From Eledone cirrhosa (taxonomy: Eukaryota): 64,000 nt of DNA. The notes under the pieces were generated by a model, which saw only the letters and a list, made by a program, of their open reading frames with translations, was not told the DNA's origin and ran no database searches. The position numbers and the translations under genes were made by a program. Positions 1 to 14,558 of the stretch are shown one piece after another. Where the stretch lies: contig CAXHJY010001579.1 of the NCBI GenBank assembly GCA_964016885.1, positions 1 through 64,000 of the forward strand, in the 5' to 3' direction. Position 1 is the stretch's first letter. Each line of letters begins with the position of its first letter.

Positions 1-186
1 AACCTCCCAGACCCACACTGTAAATGTGGTTGGTGTTAGGAAGGGCATCCAACTGTAGAAAACCTGCCAGACAGTCCTATGCGAGCAAGACAATCACTCT
101 TGCCTCAAGTGGGACTACCCCCGTCCAAACCCATGCAAGCGTGGAACACGGACGTTAAACGTTGATGATGATGATGATGATGATGA
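1..186 (+). mobile_element. 3' end of RTE-clade LINE (family A) with (GAT)n tail; runs off the window start
   Basis: Bases 1-170 are the exact reverse complement of ~2455-2624, the 3' UTR of the RTE at 2447-5305; ends in GTTGATGATGATG... then (TA)n. Confidence 0.9.
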
Positions 187-2446
<2,260 letters not shown>

Positions 2447-5305
2447 ATCATCATCATCATCAACGTTTAACGTCCGTGTTCCACGCTTGCATGGGTTTGG
2501 ACGGGGGTAGTCCCACTTGAGGCAAGAGTGATTGTCTTGCTCGCATAGGACTGTCTGGCAGGTTTTCTACAGTTGGATGCCCTTCCTAACACCAACCACA
2601 TTTACAGTGTGGGTCTGGGAGGTTTTTACCGTGTTGCCTACACGGCCACATTACAGCGTGGACTGTGTGTTTTTTTGTCGTGACACCTACACGATCTCAT
2701 TTGTTTCGGCCTGGATGGCGCGGCACCAACATAACTTTACATAGAACGGGGTGGTGTGGATGGGGTGGGGGTGGCGGCGGGAGGGGTGTATTTTGTTAGA
2801 GATGCCTACTGGCAAGGCGGGTCTTCTCTGTTACTGAGTACCGCCAAAGGTCACGGTCCAGTGACATTGTCTTGGAGAGGTGTAAGTGTGTGAGGTCGGA
2901 GTTTATCAGCTCATCCCATGTTTTTCTAGGTCTGCCTATTCCGTGGCTACCGTCTATCTTTATTGCCCTGCACTTTGTAATACAGCTATCGACTTTCATG
3001 CGCATCACGTGTCCATACCAACGCAGCCTTCTCTCGAGTAAACAACATCTGATCCCTCTTATCTCTAATTTTTTCCTTAGTTCGTTTATGCTTTGCCGTT
3101 CACGTATATTACTGTTACACATCCAGCGGAGCATGCAAGCTTCATTCCTCTCTAGTCTGCGTATATCCTCTGCACACAATGCCCAGGTCTCACTACCATG
3201 CAACATTGCTGTTCGTATGCAGGCATCGTACAACCTGCCTTTCATTTTTAGGGAGAACCCTTTAGCAGCTAATAGTGGTATAAGCTCTCTGAACTTTTTC
3301 CAACCAGTTCTGACTCTAGCTACAGTACTTTCAGAGCACCCTCCCCCACTGCTGATTTTATCGCCCAGGTAACGGAAGCTGTCCACTATTTCTATAGAAC
3401 CCTCTGCGCAATTGAAAGAGCTAGTATTTTGTGGGCACTTGCTGCTACTTATTGCACCAGAACACCGGCCACATGTAAAGTCTATGTTCTTAGTTAGCTT
3501 ACCTGTGATCCCACTACATCTTTTATGCACCCATACTTTGCATTTAGGACATAAGATGGAGTTTCTACCTACGCCTTTCCTACATACCGAGCACGACCAT
3601 TTCCCAGAAGGGACCGCCGCCTTGTTTTCTTTCCTACAAACTAGAACTTTGGTCTTAGCCAGGTTAATTTTAAGTCCTTTTGACTCTAGGCCGTGCTTCC
3701 ATGTTTGGAATTTCTTCTCTAGCTCGGCCATTGATTCCGCTATGAGTGTCAGGTCGTCTGCGTATAGGAGTTCCCATGGGCAGCCTGTCTTGAACTCCTC
3801 TGTTATAGCCTGAAGGGCAATAATAAATAGTAGGGGGCTGAGAACAGAGCCCTGATGGACGCCAACTTTTACGCTAAACTCTTCACTATATTCGTTGTTA
3901 ATTCTAACCTTGCTGACTGTTTCTTTATACATGGCTTGTATAGCCCTCACAAGCCATTCGTCAACGCCTAGTTTTCTAAGAGCCCACCAGATAATGGAGC
4001 GGGGGACTCTGTCGAAGGCTTTCTCCAGGTCGACAAAAGCTAAGTAGAGGGGTTTACCTTTAGCTAGGTACTTCTCCTGTGGTTGTCGTACTATGAAAAG
4101 AGCGTCTGTGGTGCTTTTGCCTGACACAAACCCGAACTGCATTTCATCTAGATCAATTCTCTCTCTGATTAGTTGCGCTATTACTTTTTCCGTGACCTTC
4201 ATGACCTGGTCGATTAATTTAATGCCTCTATAGTTACTCCTATCTAGGGCGTCTCCTTTACCCTTATAACAGTTAACGATGATGCTGCTATGCCAGTCCT
4301 TCGGAACAACCCCATTCTGTACGACTTGGTTAACTATGCGGGTGACCATGGTGTGTCCCACCGTGCCAGATGCCTTCAGCATCTCAGCAACTATTTCCGA
4401 AGGCCCAGCCGCCTTACCAGTCTTCATATCCTTGATTGCCTTACTTATTATACTCCCCTCGACTAACACTGCTGGTCCCTCTATCGGGTCGATAAGGGGG
4501 AGACTGTCTTTCTCCCATTTATTCTCCTCATTTAGTAGCCTTTCATAGTGACACTTCCAAGCTACCTTCTTATCAGTGTCGGTGATGGCAAGTATGCCAT
4601 CATCGTTAAGTACACACTTCTCCCCGACAATATCACGGTTTTCCTTGACGCATTGCCTGGCAATCCTGAACACCTCACGTTTTTGGTCATCGCGTTGTAG
4701 AACATGCTTGAACTTTCTTTCCTCAGCTTCCCTTCTTGCTAAGTACACTTCTCTCCTAGCTTCCCTCCTGGCCACTTGATAGTCTACTCTACTTCCCCCA
4801 TCCCGCCATACTTTCCAAGCCTGCTTTTTGGCCTTAATTGACCCCTCCACCTTACTGTTCCACCACCATGTTACTCTCCTCCTGCCTACAGGCCTGCTCC
4901 AGCCACAGACTTCGTCTGTCGCCAACAGCAGGTTTGCTTTCAGAAATTTCCACTGTCCCTCTATATTGTCCGATTCTAGATGCTCTTCCTTACTGTCGAA
5001 AGCATCAAGTAATATGCTTTGAAATTTATTTCTGGCTGTGGGGTCCTTTAGTTTCCATATTTTCCTCCTGAGGATAGTCCTCTTCTGCTGTCGGGTGCGT
5101 CTCGTCCTGACTATGAGGTCGCTAATTATCAGTCTATGTTGGGAGGTGCATTCTTCATGGGGGAGGGATTTAGTGTTTACAACAGACACTCTGTCACGTC
5201 TTCTGGTAAGGATATAATCTACCTGGCTTGTGTGTTCCCCGGATCTATAGGTAATCAGGTGATTGTCACGTTTTTTGAAGTTAGTGTTACAGATAGTTAG
5301 GTTAT
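2447..5305 (-). mobile_element. 5'-truncated RTE-clade non-LTR retrotransposon (family A)
   Basis: Long RT ORF, ~350-bp 3' UTR and (GAT)n tail; the 5' end breaks off inside the APE endonuclease at a (TA)n tract. Confidence 0.93.
2796..5305 (-). CDS. RTE ORF: C-terminal part of APE endonuclease, reverse transcriptase and embedded PHD-type finger (5'-truncated, frame open)
   Basis: Frame extends upstream of the 797-aa ORF (NLTICNTNFKKRDNHLITYRSG..QVDYIL..SQHRLIISD, APE end); RT motifs [44 protein letters not shown]; RTE C-terminus [19 protein letters not shown]. Confidence 0.92.
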
Positions 5306-5306
5306 T

Positions 5307-5338
<32 letters not shown>

Positions 5339-5413
5339 GGTATATATATATGTATATATATATATAGGTATATATATATGTATATATATATATAGGTATA
5401 TATATATATGTAT

Positions 5414-6780
5414 AGTAATAATAATAAATTTGAAGACTAAAATCCTAAGAGGGCTCGATAAACACTCACAGTGGTTAAGGATTTCGAAGTTGATGTCATC
5501 CTCAATGCCCAAAAGTTGGTGATTAATTTCGACGACTCTATTTGGGTTTAAAAAATCCAATAGTTCCCCATCCGACGTGAGTATGGGCACCAATGATTCT
5601 GCGGAGGTTACTGATCTTATCGGCCTTTTCCTTCTTTTCTCTATCAAGGACGAATTTCCCAACGCGGGCGGTGGTTTGTACCGTGATGATGGTCTCTTGA
5701 CCATGACTAAGTGCGGACCTCGTGCTTGCGACAGGTTCAGATAAGAACTCATAGCCTCCTTTAAAGGCTTCAACCTCTCTATACAGGTTGAGGCCAATCT
5801 CTCGGTCGTTAATTACCTCGACGATACCCTCAATTTATTGAATGGGTTGTATTACCCGTATAGAAAGCCGAATGATACGCTTAATTACATTAGTAAGCAT
5901 TCCAACCCTCCTGCCAGCATAACCAAGAACCTGGTAAGAAACGTTTCGTTGAGGCTTTCCCGTCTTTCCACCAACGAGCGTATTTTCAACGACCATTCCA
6001 CTTATTATAATGAAGCTCCTGCTCGAAGTGGATTTGTAGATAAGGTAGCATATACAGAGTACGAAAATAGACCTAGAAGAAATAGATCCCGTCGCATTTG
6101 TTGGTATAACCCACCACATAATATGGAGGTGGCCACACCATTAGCTAAGATCTTTCTTTCCCTTATTACGCAGCATTTTCCCCCTACACATAAGTATAGT
6201 AAAATTTTTAATAGAAATACTATTAAAATTTCTTACTCTACGACTCCTAACCTTGCACATAACATCACAGCTTCAAATTTAGCTAAACTACCTAGCCGTA
6301 GGAACACGTGCAACCCTGTAGTTAGTACTAACTGTAATTGATAGAATATGGTTGATTGCCCCCTATCCGGGAAATGCCCCTCTAGTAACATTGTCTACAA
6401 ATGTAAGGTTGTAACACTCACGTCCCGTAGGGCCTACATAGGGTTAACCGCCAATATATTCAAGCAGCGTCGTTACATGCATACCCATTCTTTTCGTTAC
6501 CCTCTGAGAAAGAATATGACGTCACTTTCAGCTTATATCTGGAGTCTAAAAGACAACCACACCCAATATAAGTTACACTGGGAGATCCTAAGTATAGTAA
6601 AATTTTTAATAGAAATACTATTAACATTTCTTACTCTACGACTCCTAACCTTGTACATAACATCACAGCTTCAAATTTAGCTAAACTACCTGGCCGTAGG
6701 AACACGTGCAACCCTGTAGTTAGTAATAACTGTAATTGTATGAATCGGGTTGATTGCCCCCTATCCGGAAAATGCCTCTA
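5414..6780 (+). mobile_element. Penelope-like element fragment (RT core plus C-terminal GIY-YIG), Hydra-clade-like, disrupted
   Basis: Translates DVSMGTNDSAEVTDLIGLF..GLYRDDGL..VNYLDDTLNL..PYRKPN..SNPP..WYNPP..KIFNRNTIKISYS, CNC-x5-CPL, IVYKC..YIGLT..FKQR (GIY-YIG); in-frame stops and an internal duplication. Confidence 0.88.
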
Positions 6781-7235
6781 TTTTGTTCAACACTGACAGC
6801 GTTCCTTTGCCTTTGTCAGTGTTGAACAAACGAGCAATGGTGGTTGCTAGACACTATGGCTTAATACGGGATGTTTGTTTACAAACACACCGAGCATTAT
6901 AATAAATATTCGGTGAATCCTTACATGCATATATATGTGTGCATGTATGTATATATATATATATACATACTACTGTACGTCGGTATACATATATGTATGT
7001 ACGTGTACATACTTATATTTAAGTAACAGCCGTACTAAGAGTGGGAAATGAAATATCGTTTCATTTTTTCCGTTTATATATATATGTATATATATATATA
7101 TGTATATATATATATGTATATATATATATGTATATATATATATGTATATGTATATATGTATATGTATATATGTATATATATATATGTATATATGTATATA
7201 TATATGTGTATATATATATGTGTATATATATGTAT

Positions 7236-8069
7236 TCTAAAAATGAAAGGCAGGCTGTATGATGCCTGCATACGAACAATGTTACATGGCAGTGAGACCT
7301 GGGCATTGTATGCAGAGGATATACACAGACTGGAGAGGAACGAAGCTTGCATGCTCCGCTGGATGTGTAATAGTAATATACGTGAACGGCAAAGCATAAA
7401 CGAACAAAGGGAAAAATTAGGAATAAGAGGGATCAGATGTTGTTTACTTGAGAGAAGACTACGTTGGTATGGTCACGTGATGCGCATGAAAGACAACAGC
7501 TGTATAAAAAAGTGCAGGGCAATAAAAATAGACGGTAGCCACGGAGTAGGCAGACCCAGAAAAACCTGGGACAACTTGATAAATTCCGACCTCACACACT
7601 TACACCTCTCCAAGACAATCTCACTGGACAGAGATCTTTGGTGTTACACAATAATACAGAAGACCCGCCTTACCTAAGTACAAAGTGAAACCTACTACAG
7701 TCAGTAGGCACCTCTAACAATATACACCCCCGTCTCATTACCCCCACCCCACCCCATCCACACCACCCCATTCAATGTAAAGTTATGTTGGTTCCAAAAC
7801 ATCCAGCCCGAAACAAATGCGGTCGTGTAGGTGTCACGACAAAAAAAACACACAGTCCACGCTGTAATGTGGCCGTGTAGGCAACACGGTAAAAACCTCC
7901 CAGCCCCACACTGTAAATGTGGTTGGTGTTAGGAAGGGCATCCAACAGTAGAAAACCCGCCAGACAGTCCTATGCGAGCAAGACAACCATTCTTGGCTCA
8001 AGTGGGGAAACTCCCGTCCAAACCCATGCAAGCGTGGAATATGGACGTTAAATGATGATGATGATGATG
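7236..8069 (+). mobile_element. 3' fragment of RTE family A
   Basis: [30 protein letters not shown] closely matches the C-terminus of the 2796 ORF; same 3' UTR and (GAT)n tail; both flanks (TA)n. Confidence 0.92.
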
Positions 8070-8087
8070 TATGTATATATATATGTA

Positions 8088-8134
<47 letters not shown>

Positions 8135-8154
8135 ATATATATGTATGTATATAT

Positions 8155-8793
8155 AATTTATTTTGAAACTTTTTCATTATTTACTAAACCTTGTTTATAT
8201 TTGTTCTGGCTCGTTAATTTATTAACCCGCCATTGAACCACACTGGCACTTGGTTGGACAATACATGCGTACCTTGACGCCTTGTGCGTGAAAGGACGTA
8301 TTTCATATTACTACTACCTCCACATACGTTGAGAACAAACCGGGTCATTCCGACTGCTGCTGATAACAGCGGTGGCTAGTTCGACCTACCTCCTTTTGCC
8401 TCTATCTTTACTACGGCCCTTGATAAACCTGTTCTACATCATCCACTCTCATCCCAGGAACAGTCTTTGATAGCGCTAGTTTGTGATTTAAATTCAGGAA
8501 TTTTATATTCTTTGAATGAAAAGAACCTTCTGACGAGAATCTCTCTTTGCAACGAAGGCCGTATGGCCTACGTTTTATTTTTGGGATTCGAAACCGATCG
8601 GTAAAGGTAACTATAGTAGGTAAAGTCAATTTTTTTTTAAATTTATTTTGAAACTTTTTCATTATTTACTAAACCTTGTTTATATTTGTTCTGGCTCGTT
8701 AATTTATTAACCCGCCATTGAACCACACTGGCACTTGGTTGGACAATACATGCGTACCTTGACGCCTTGTGCGTGAAAGGACGTATTTCATAT
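8155..8793 (+). mobile_element. Non-coding hammerhead-containing element (retrozyme-like): 485-nt unit plus 154-nt terminal redundancy
   Basis: 8155-8308 repeated identically at 8640-8793; hammerhead inside; inserted in (TA)n; no credible ORF. Confidence 0.8.
8525..8608 (+). ncRNA. Type I hammerhead ribozyme with enlarged stem II loop
   Basis: Stem I ACCTT/AAGGT; core CTGACGA (8530-8536); stem II GAATCTC/GGGATTC; GAAA (8590-8593); stem III CCG-AT-CGG; cleavage triplet GUA (8601-8603). Confidence 0.85.
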
Positions 8794-8986
8794 ATATATA
8801 TGTATGTATATATATATATGTATGTATATATATATATGTATGTGTATATATATATATGTATGTATGTATATATATGTATGTATATATGTATGTATATATA
8901 TATGTATATATATGTATATATATGTATGTATATATATGTATATATATGTATGTATATGTGTGTATATATATGTATGTGTATATATG

Positions 8987-9061
<75 letters not shown>

Positions 9062-9681
9062 GTATATGTATGTATATATGTATATGTATATATGTATGTA
9101 TATATATATGTATATATGTATATGTATATATGTATGTATATATATATGTATATATACGTATGTATATATATATATGTATATATATGTATGTATATATATA
9201 TATGTATATATATGTATGTATATATATATGTATGTATATATATATATGTATATATATATATGTATATGTATGTATATATATATATGTATATATATATATG
9301 TATATGTATGTATATATGTATGTATGTATATATATATGTATGTATATATATATGTATATATGTATGTATATATGTATGTATATATGTATGTATATATGTA
9401 TGTATATATATATGTATATATATGTATGTATATATATATGTATGTATATATATATATGTATGTATATGTGTATGTATATATATATATATCTATGTATATA
9501 TACATACATATATATATATACATACATATTAATATATATATACATATATACATATATATATATACATATATACATATATATATATACATACATATATATA
9601 CATATATATATATATATGTATATATATATGTATTTATATATATATATATATATGTATGTATATATGTATGTATGTATATAT
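8794..9681. repeat. (TA)n/(TATG)n array
   Basis: Direct reading. Confidence 0.97.
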
Positions 9682-10030
9682 ATCAACATCATCATCATCG
9701 TTTAATGTCCATCTTCCACGCTAGCATGTGTCTGGACGGGAATTGTCCCACGAGGCAAGATTGGTTGTCTCGCTCAGGAGTGTCTGGCGGGTTTTCTACG
9801 GCTGGATGCCCTTCCTAACACCAACCACGTTTACAGTGTGGACTGGGAGGTTTTTACCGTGTTACCTACACGGCCACTTTACAGCGTGGACTGTGTGTGT
9901 TTTTTGTCATGACACCTACACGACCTCATTTGTTTCGGGCTGGATGTTGTGGTACCAACATAACTTCACATTTAAGGGGGTGGTATGGACGGGGTGGGGG
10001 TAGTGGGACGTTAGAGGTGCCTACTGACTG
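9682..10030 (-). mobile_element. 3' UTR fragment of an RTE family A relative
   Basis: Similar to 2447-2812 and to the reverse complement of 7697-8069; (GAT)n tail. Confidence 0.85.
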
Positions 10031-10100
10031 TATATATATGTATGTATATATGTATATATATATATGTGTATGTATATATATATATATATATATGTGTATG

Positions 10101-10203
<103 letters not shown>

Positions 10204-10543
10204 ATGTATATATATATATGTGTATGTATGTATATATATATATATGTATGTATATGTATGTATGTATATACATGTGTATAAATGTGTATGTATATATATA
10301 TATGTGAAAGCCTTGTCGTGGCCATACTGCACTACTTAGAGGAAGCAAAATATTTCTTTTATCTAGCGATGATTAACTCTCAATATCGGTGTTGCTATAA
10401 TCTGAACTGAACTGATATTGCTGATCAACATTGAAAGACAGTCTGACTTTATTAAGTGTCTGACTTGCAGAATCAGCCTTTGTATTACGTCATGCTCACC
10501 TTCACCAACAAATACACACACATACAAGTATGTGTGTGTGTTT

Positions 10544-10574
<31 letters not shown>

Positions 10575-10729
10575 ATTTCAATACGTATTTAAATTATTTT
10601 CTGTCAGGAGTTGCAACCGACAGACAGTATCAGTAATGGAAACATTATTTCCTCGGTCCAATCTGGTGATCGGCTACTTTCTTTTCTCCTTTCCTTTTTA
10701 ACTTATTACTGAACAAATAACTAAGTATG

Positions 10730-12240
10730 ATTAAATGTCTTGCAAATCTTTCGTTGTCGAAGATGACCAATACTAAGGATTGGCTTCTCTGCCTGGTCTG
10801 GTCATTCCTGAGCTGACTGAAAAGTCTTAACTAGGTTAAGATTCTTCTCCCACATACATGGCATGTGTGGGAAGTGTGTAAGTTGGGGTCCTGGTAGTTC
10901 ATCATTGACCCAGTTAACACGTCCTTTGATTTCATCAGTCTGGTGGCACCCCATGTAACTTAGTCTGGTGGAATCACTATAACCCAGGCTGTGCCCTAGT
11001 TTGCTGGTACCACTGCATCGCAAAGAACACCCATACATGGTGGTCATAGACATGCAACCTAGAAACTGTCTGACAATCACAATTCCAACAACAGGCACCA
11101 TATATGCAGAGATTGGATATTAGCTCAAGATCTGACTCGATCACATCAATCCATGTTTTTTGTTGTCCACCTCATCATTTATACCACTGTGGATGGGGCT
11201 CTGGCACAACTGACATGCACATCCCATGTCACCTGCTCCTAGAAGACAGTGTACAGGCTTTGGATGATGGCTTCCTGCAGCAGCTCAGTATCAGGGATCC
11301 TATCCTACCAGCAGATGTGTAAGATGCTGGAGAGACACTTTGTTTGAAAATGGTTGGAAGGTCTTGTCTGTCTCCTATAGACTGACACACTGACATAAAG
11401 GAGACATCTTGAATGTCTCATAGATACTGACATATAGGAGAGTTTAGTATGCCTGGTAGAGACTGACATAGGAGTGGTATTGTATGTCTGGTAGAGACTG
11501 ACACACTGACAAATAGGAAAGGTTGTAAGGAGAACTATGTGGTGTAGATTATAAAAAGTGTTGTGTGGTTAATTCCCCTTCTCTCCCACTCATCTACTAT
11601 TGACCTCATTCTCATTGCTTACTACACTTGGGAGTGTACTGTTGAGAATGGTGAACCTATCAATTGTCTATAGTAGGGTTTCCCAAACCTTTTCAAACGT
11701 GGAACCCTTTTTGGCTCAGAAACTTTTGGGGGAACCTCAAAGTCTAATACTGTTATATGGTCATATTATAAATATACCCCTCTACCATTTTTTCACGGAG
11801 CCCCAGACACTTGTTTGCGGAACCCACTTTGGGAACCGCTGGTCTATAGTTTTTGTTCATTCACAGTGACCGAAGTGAGGCCAAAAGGTATCAAGAGCTG
11901 CTGAGAACTGGGCAAACTTTTGTTCATTACCAGCAATGAAACAGCAGTCATCGATGCAGAGGATGTCTCTGAGAACAACTTCATTTACTTTAGTGACAGT
12001 GTGAAGACAGTGGGTGTTGTACAAGTTGCCATCATTATGGTATCCAATGAAGACATGTGGGTATATTACTGTTGAAAATATTTGTCATCACTGCCTAGAA
12101 CATCATGCTGAAGAGAGTGGGAGTTTGGATGCTGCCTTATTTCACATAATTCATTACCAAGAAGGCCTCGACCTACAGATTCAATATGAATCCTAAGTAA
12201 TATCACTTCCAACAAACACTTGGAATACGTAAATCAACAA
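10730..12240 (-). pseudogene. Decayed RTE/BovB-like LINE 3' half
   Basis: Remnants VK*GSIQTPTLFSMM..DGNLYN..TKVNEVVLRDILCIDDC, a degenerate C2H2 tail (TCHVCGR) and 3' stem-loop GGTCATCTTCGACAACGA. Confidence 0.6.
11674..11841. mobile_element. hAT (Charlie-like) MITE
   Basis: TIRs TAGGGTTTCCCAAA / TTTGGGAACCGCTG; 8-bp TSD GTCTATAG at 11666-11673 and 11842-11849. Confidence 0.85.
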
Positions 12241-12732
12241 GGAAACATCTATGTGATCAAATCTGTTAGAAATAGCAATCACATTTCTTTCAAATTCTAT
12301 CTTACTTTTAACCTTTTTCTTACCTACCCAGCCAAAACCAGCTCTGGTTTTATGAAACTAAACTACTTGTTTCAACAGATTCCTATTTAAATTGAAATCT
12401 TTATATAAGAATCATATGTTAGGTTAGTATCTTAGTATTGATAATTTTAGTTTATCTCTCAAAATTCTTCAGTAATTAACTGAAATAGTGTGTATTCAAT
12501 TAAAAATACAGTCATGAGGGTCATATAAGGAAAAAAAGACAGGCTAACTATGGAAGCAATGTCTTTCGTGATATGTCTGCTCAATCCGGATTGATCTCAA
12601 ACTAAACAAGATGAAACACACACATATATATATTGATCACTGACACGAACACAGTAACAACTACTAATTCTAACTTCAATATTTATATTGAACATTCAAG
12701 GGATTAACATGGTTCAGTTAGCAGTCAGAAAG

Positions 12733-13410
12733 TTAACTCTTTCATTACTGTATTTCTAATGAAAGACTACCTATGTTGTTTAACCTAGGTATGTCAAACT
12801 GAGGGTCCCCCGAGGGCCACACGGGTCACATACGACAACTAATTGCACACATTACAGCTAATTTTTAAAATGTTATATTACGAATATAAAACATGGTCAC
12901 GCTATAAAAACCTTTGTGTGGGTGCTTGTAAAGGGCTGCATGTTTGACATGCCTGGTTTAACCCCTTCATTACTATATTTCTAATGACAAACAACCTATG
13001 TTGTTTAACCCTTTCATTACCATATTTCTAATGAAAGACACTGCTAATGTTGTTTAACCCTTTCATTATCATATTTCTAGTGAAAGGCGCTATATATGTT
13101 GTTTAACCTTTTCTTTACCATATTTATAATGAAAGACACTGTCTATGTTTAACCCTTTCATTACCATATTTCTCATAAAAGACACTGTCTATGTTTAACC
13201 CTTCCATTACCATATTTCTAATGGAAGACACTGCCTATGTCATTAACCTTTTCATAATCATATTTCTAATGAAAGACACTATGTTGTTTAACCCTTTCAT
13301 TACCATATATCTAATGAAAGACACTGCCAATGTTGTTTAACCCTTTCATTACCATATATCTAATGAAACGCACTGCCAATGTTGTTTAACACTTTCATTG
13401 CCATATTTCA
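12733..13410. repeat. Minisatellite of about 11 units of 45-50 bp (TTAACCCTTTCATTACCATATTTCTAATGAAAGACACTGCCTATGTTGT)
   Basis: Direct reading; the unit matches one terminus of the piggyBac-like MITE seen at 29.7-30.2 kb. Confidence 0.9.
12786..12955. mobile_element. hAT MITE nested in the minisatellite
   Basis: TIRs TAGGTATGTCAAAC / GTTTGACATGCCTG; 8-bp TSD GTTTAACC at 12778-12785 and 12956-12963. Confidence 0.85.
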
Positions 13411-14292
13411 GTTGGAACAATAATTGACAACTTCTCTACTGTTGGAGATCTACATGATAAACACATTCTGTACATGATCTAAAGGGTTGGGAGGACTCTT
13501 TAGTATGTTTCAAAAGGCATGACAATCTCCCTAGTGCTGGTGTCACGATAAAATGCACTCTTTAGAGCATGAGGTCATATGTAAGAAATTAACTCCGCTT
13601 GTGTACCCCCGTAGGTCTGTGAAGGTCTGTCTAACTCTTGCTAGCGGGGAAAACAGATGTTAAATGATGATGAGGATTTCTAATGAAAAACACTGCCTAT
13701 GATTTCCAAATCAACTTGAAAATAATCAAGAATTTTGATGGATTTATTAACATAACTAACTTTCTCATTATTAAGCTGGTATTTGAAACATTACAAAGGC
13801 TTTTATATATATATATAAACTTCAGGTGCTGGACTTGCAATTATAAAGTTGTGGGTTTGAGTCTTTGACTGGGTGATGTGTTCTTGAGTGAAATGCTTCA
13901 TTTAGCATTGCTTGATGCAACGTTGTAGGAGGCTAGCTAAACTTGCATATACATGTTAGAACTGGGGCCCCTATCGTTAAAACACCTGGAAAAACTTTTA
14001 TGAGATACAAACTCATAGGAAGCCAGCTAAAACCAACAGAGCTGTGAGTTGTAAATGTTTTACACCATTTGTCAATAAGAACTATGTGTTGTACATAGAT
14101 AGAATCGATGAATAGTATATATGGATAAGATCTATGTATAGTGTGTGGATAATATCTATGTTGTATAGCGATAGGATTTATACATATTGTGTATTTCTCT
14201 CCAGATATAAACAACACTGTCTTTCACTGATACCTATGTCAGTGACTGATGAATAACTCCATATATTTGCTTTGCACATGTGGCTTGAACAG

Positions 14293-14339
<47 letters not shown>

Positions 14340-14465
14340 AAATAAACACTAAAAATTGATTTCAACTGACTCTATTAAAAAAATACATTTATAATATCCA
14401 GCCTAATGGTTTGAGTCAATCTCACTGATGTAATGGCACTCTATTTCTGTTCATGTATCTCTTAC

Positions 14466-14558
14466 ACCTGTTGACTAAAATGTAGGACTTTTTAGTGAAA
14501 TTATATTTCCATGTGTCCATAGATAAGCTATGCCAATCCATCAATGGATAGGCGTAAA
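14466..14558 (-). CDS. Candidate internal coding exon of an unidentified host gene
   Basis: CTAACATAG acceptor, GTAAG donor, open frame (F)YAYPLMDWHSLSMDTWKYNFTKKSYILVNR in phase with the candidate exon at 15211-15274. Confidence 0.3.

Noticed and set aside
6339-6344. In-frame TGA at the second Cys of the PLE CxC motif, suggesting selenocysteine as in some Naiad PLEs
   Set aside because: Immediately followed by TAG, and the duplicate at ~6737 has TGT ATG; best read as mutation or sequencing error.
8411-8662. 83-aa minus-strand ORF in the retrozyme-like element
   Set aside because: No recognisable motifs and antisense to the hammerhead; probably chance.
12733-13410. Palindromic repeat array superficially like CRISPR
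   Set aside because: No unique spacers, no cas genes, eukaryotic context; it is a minisatellite.
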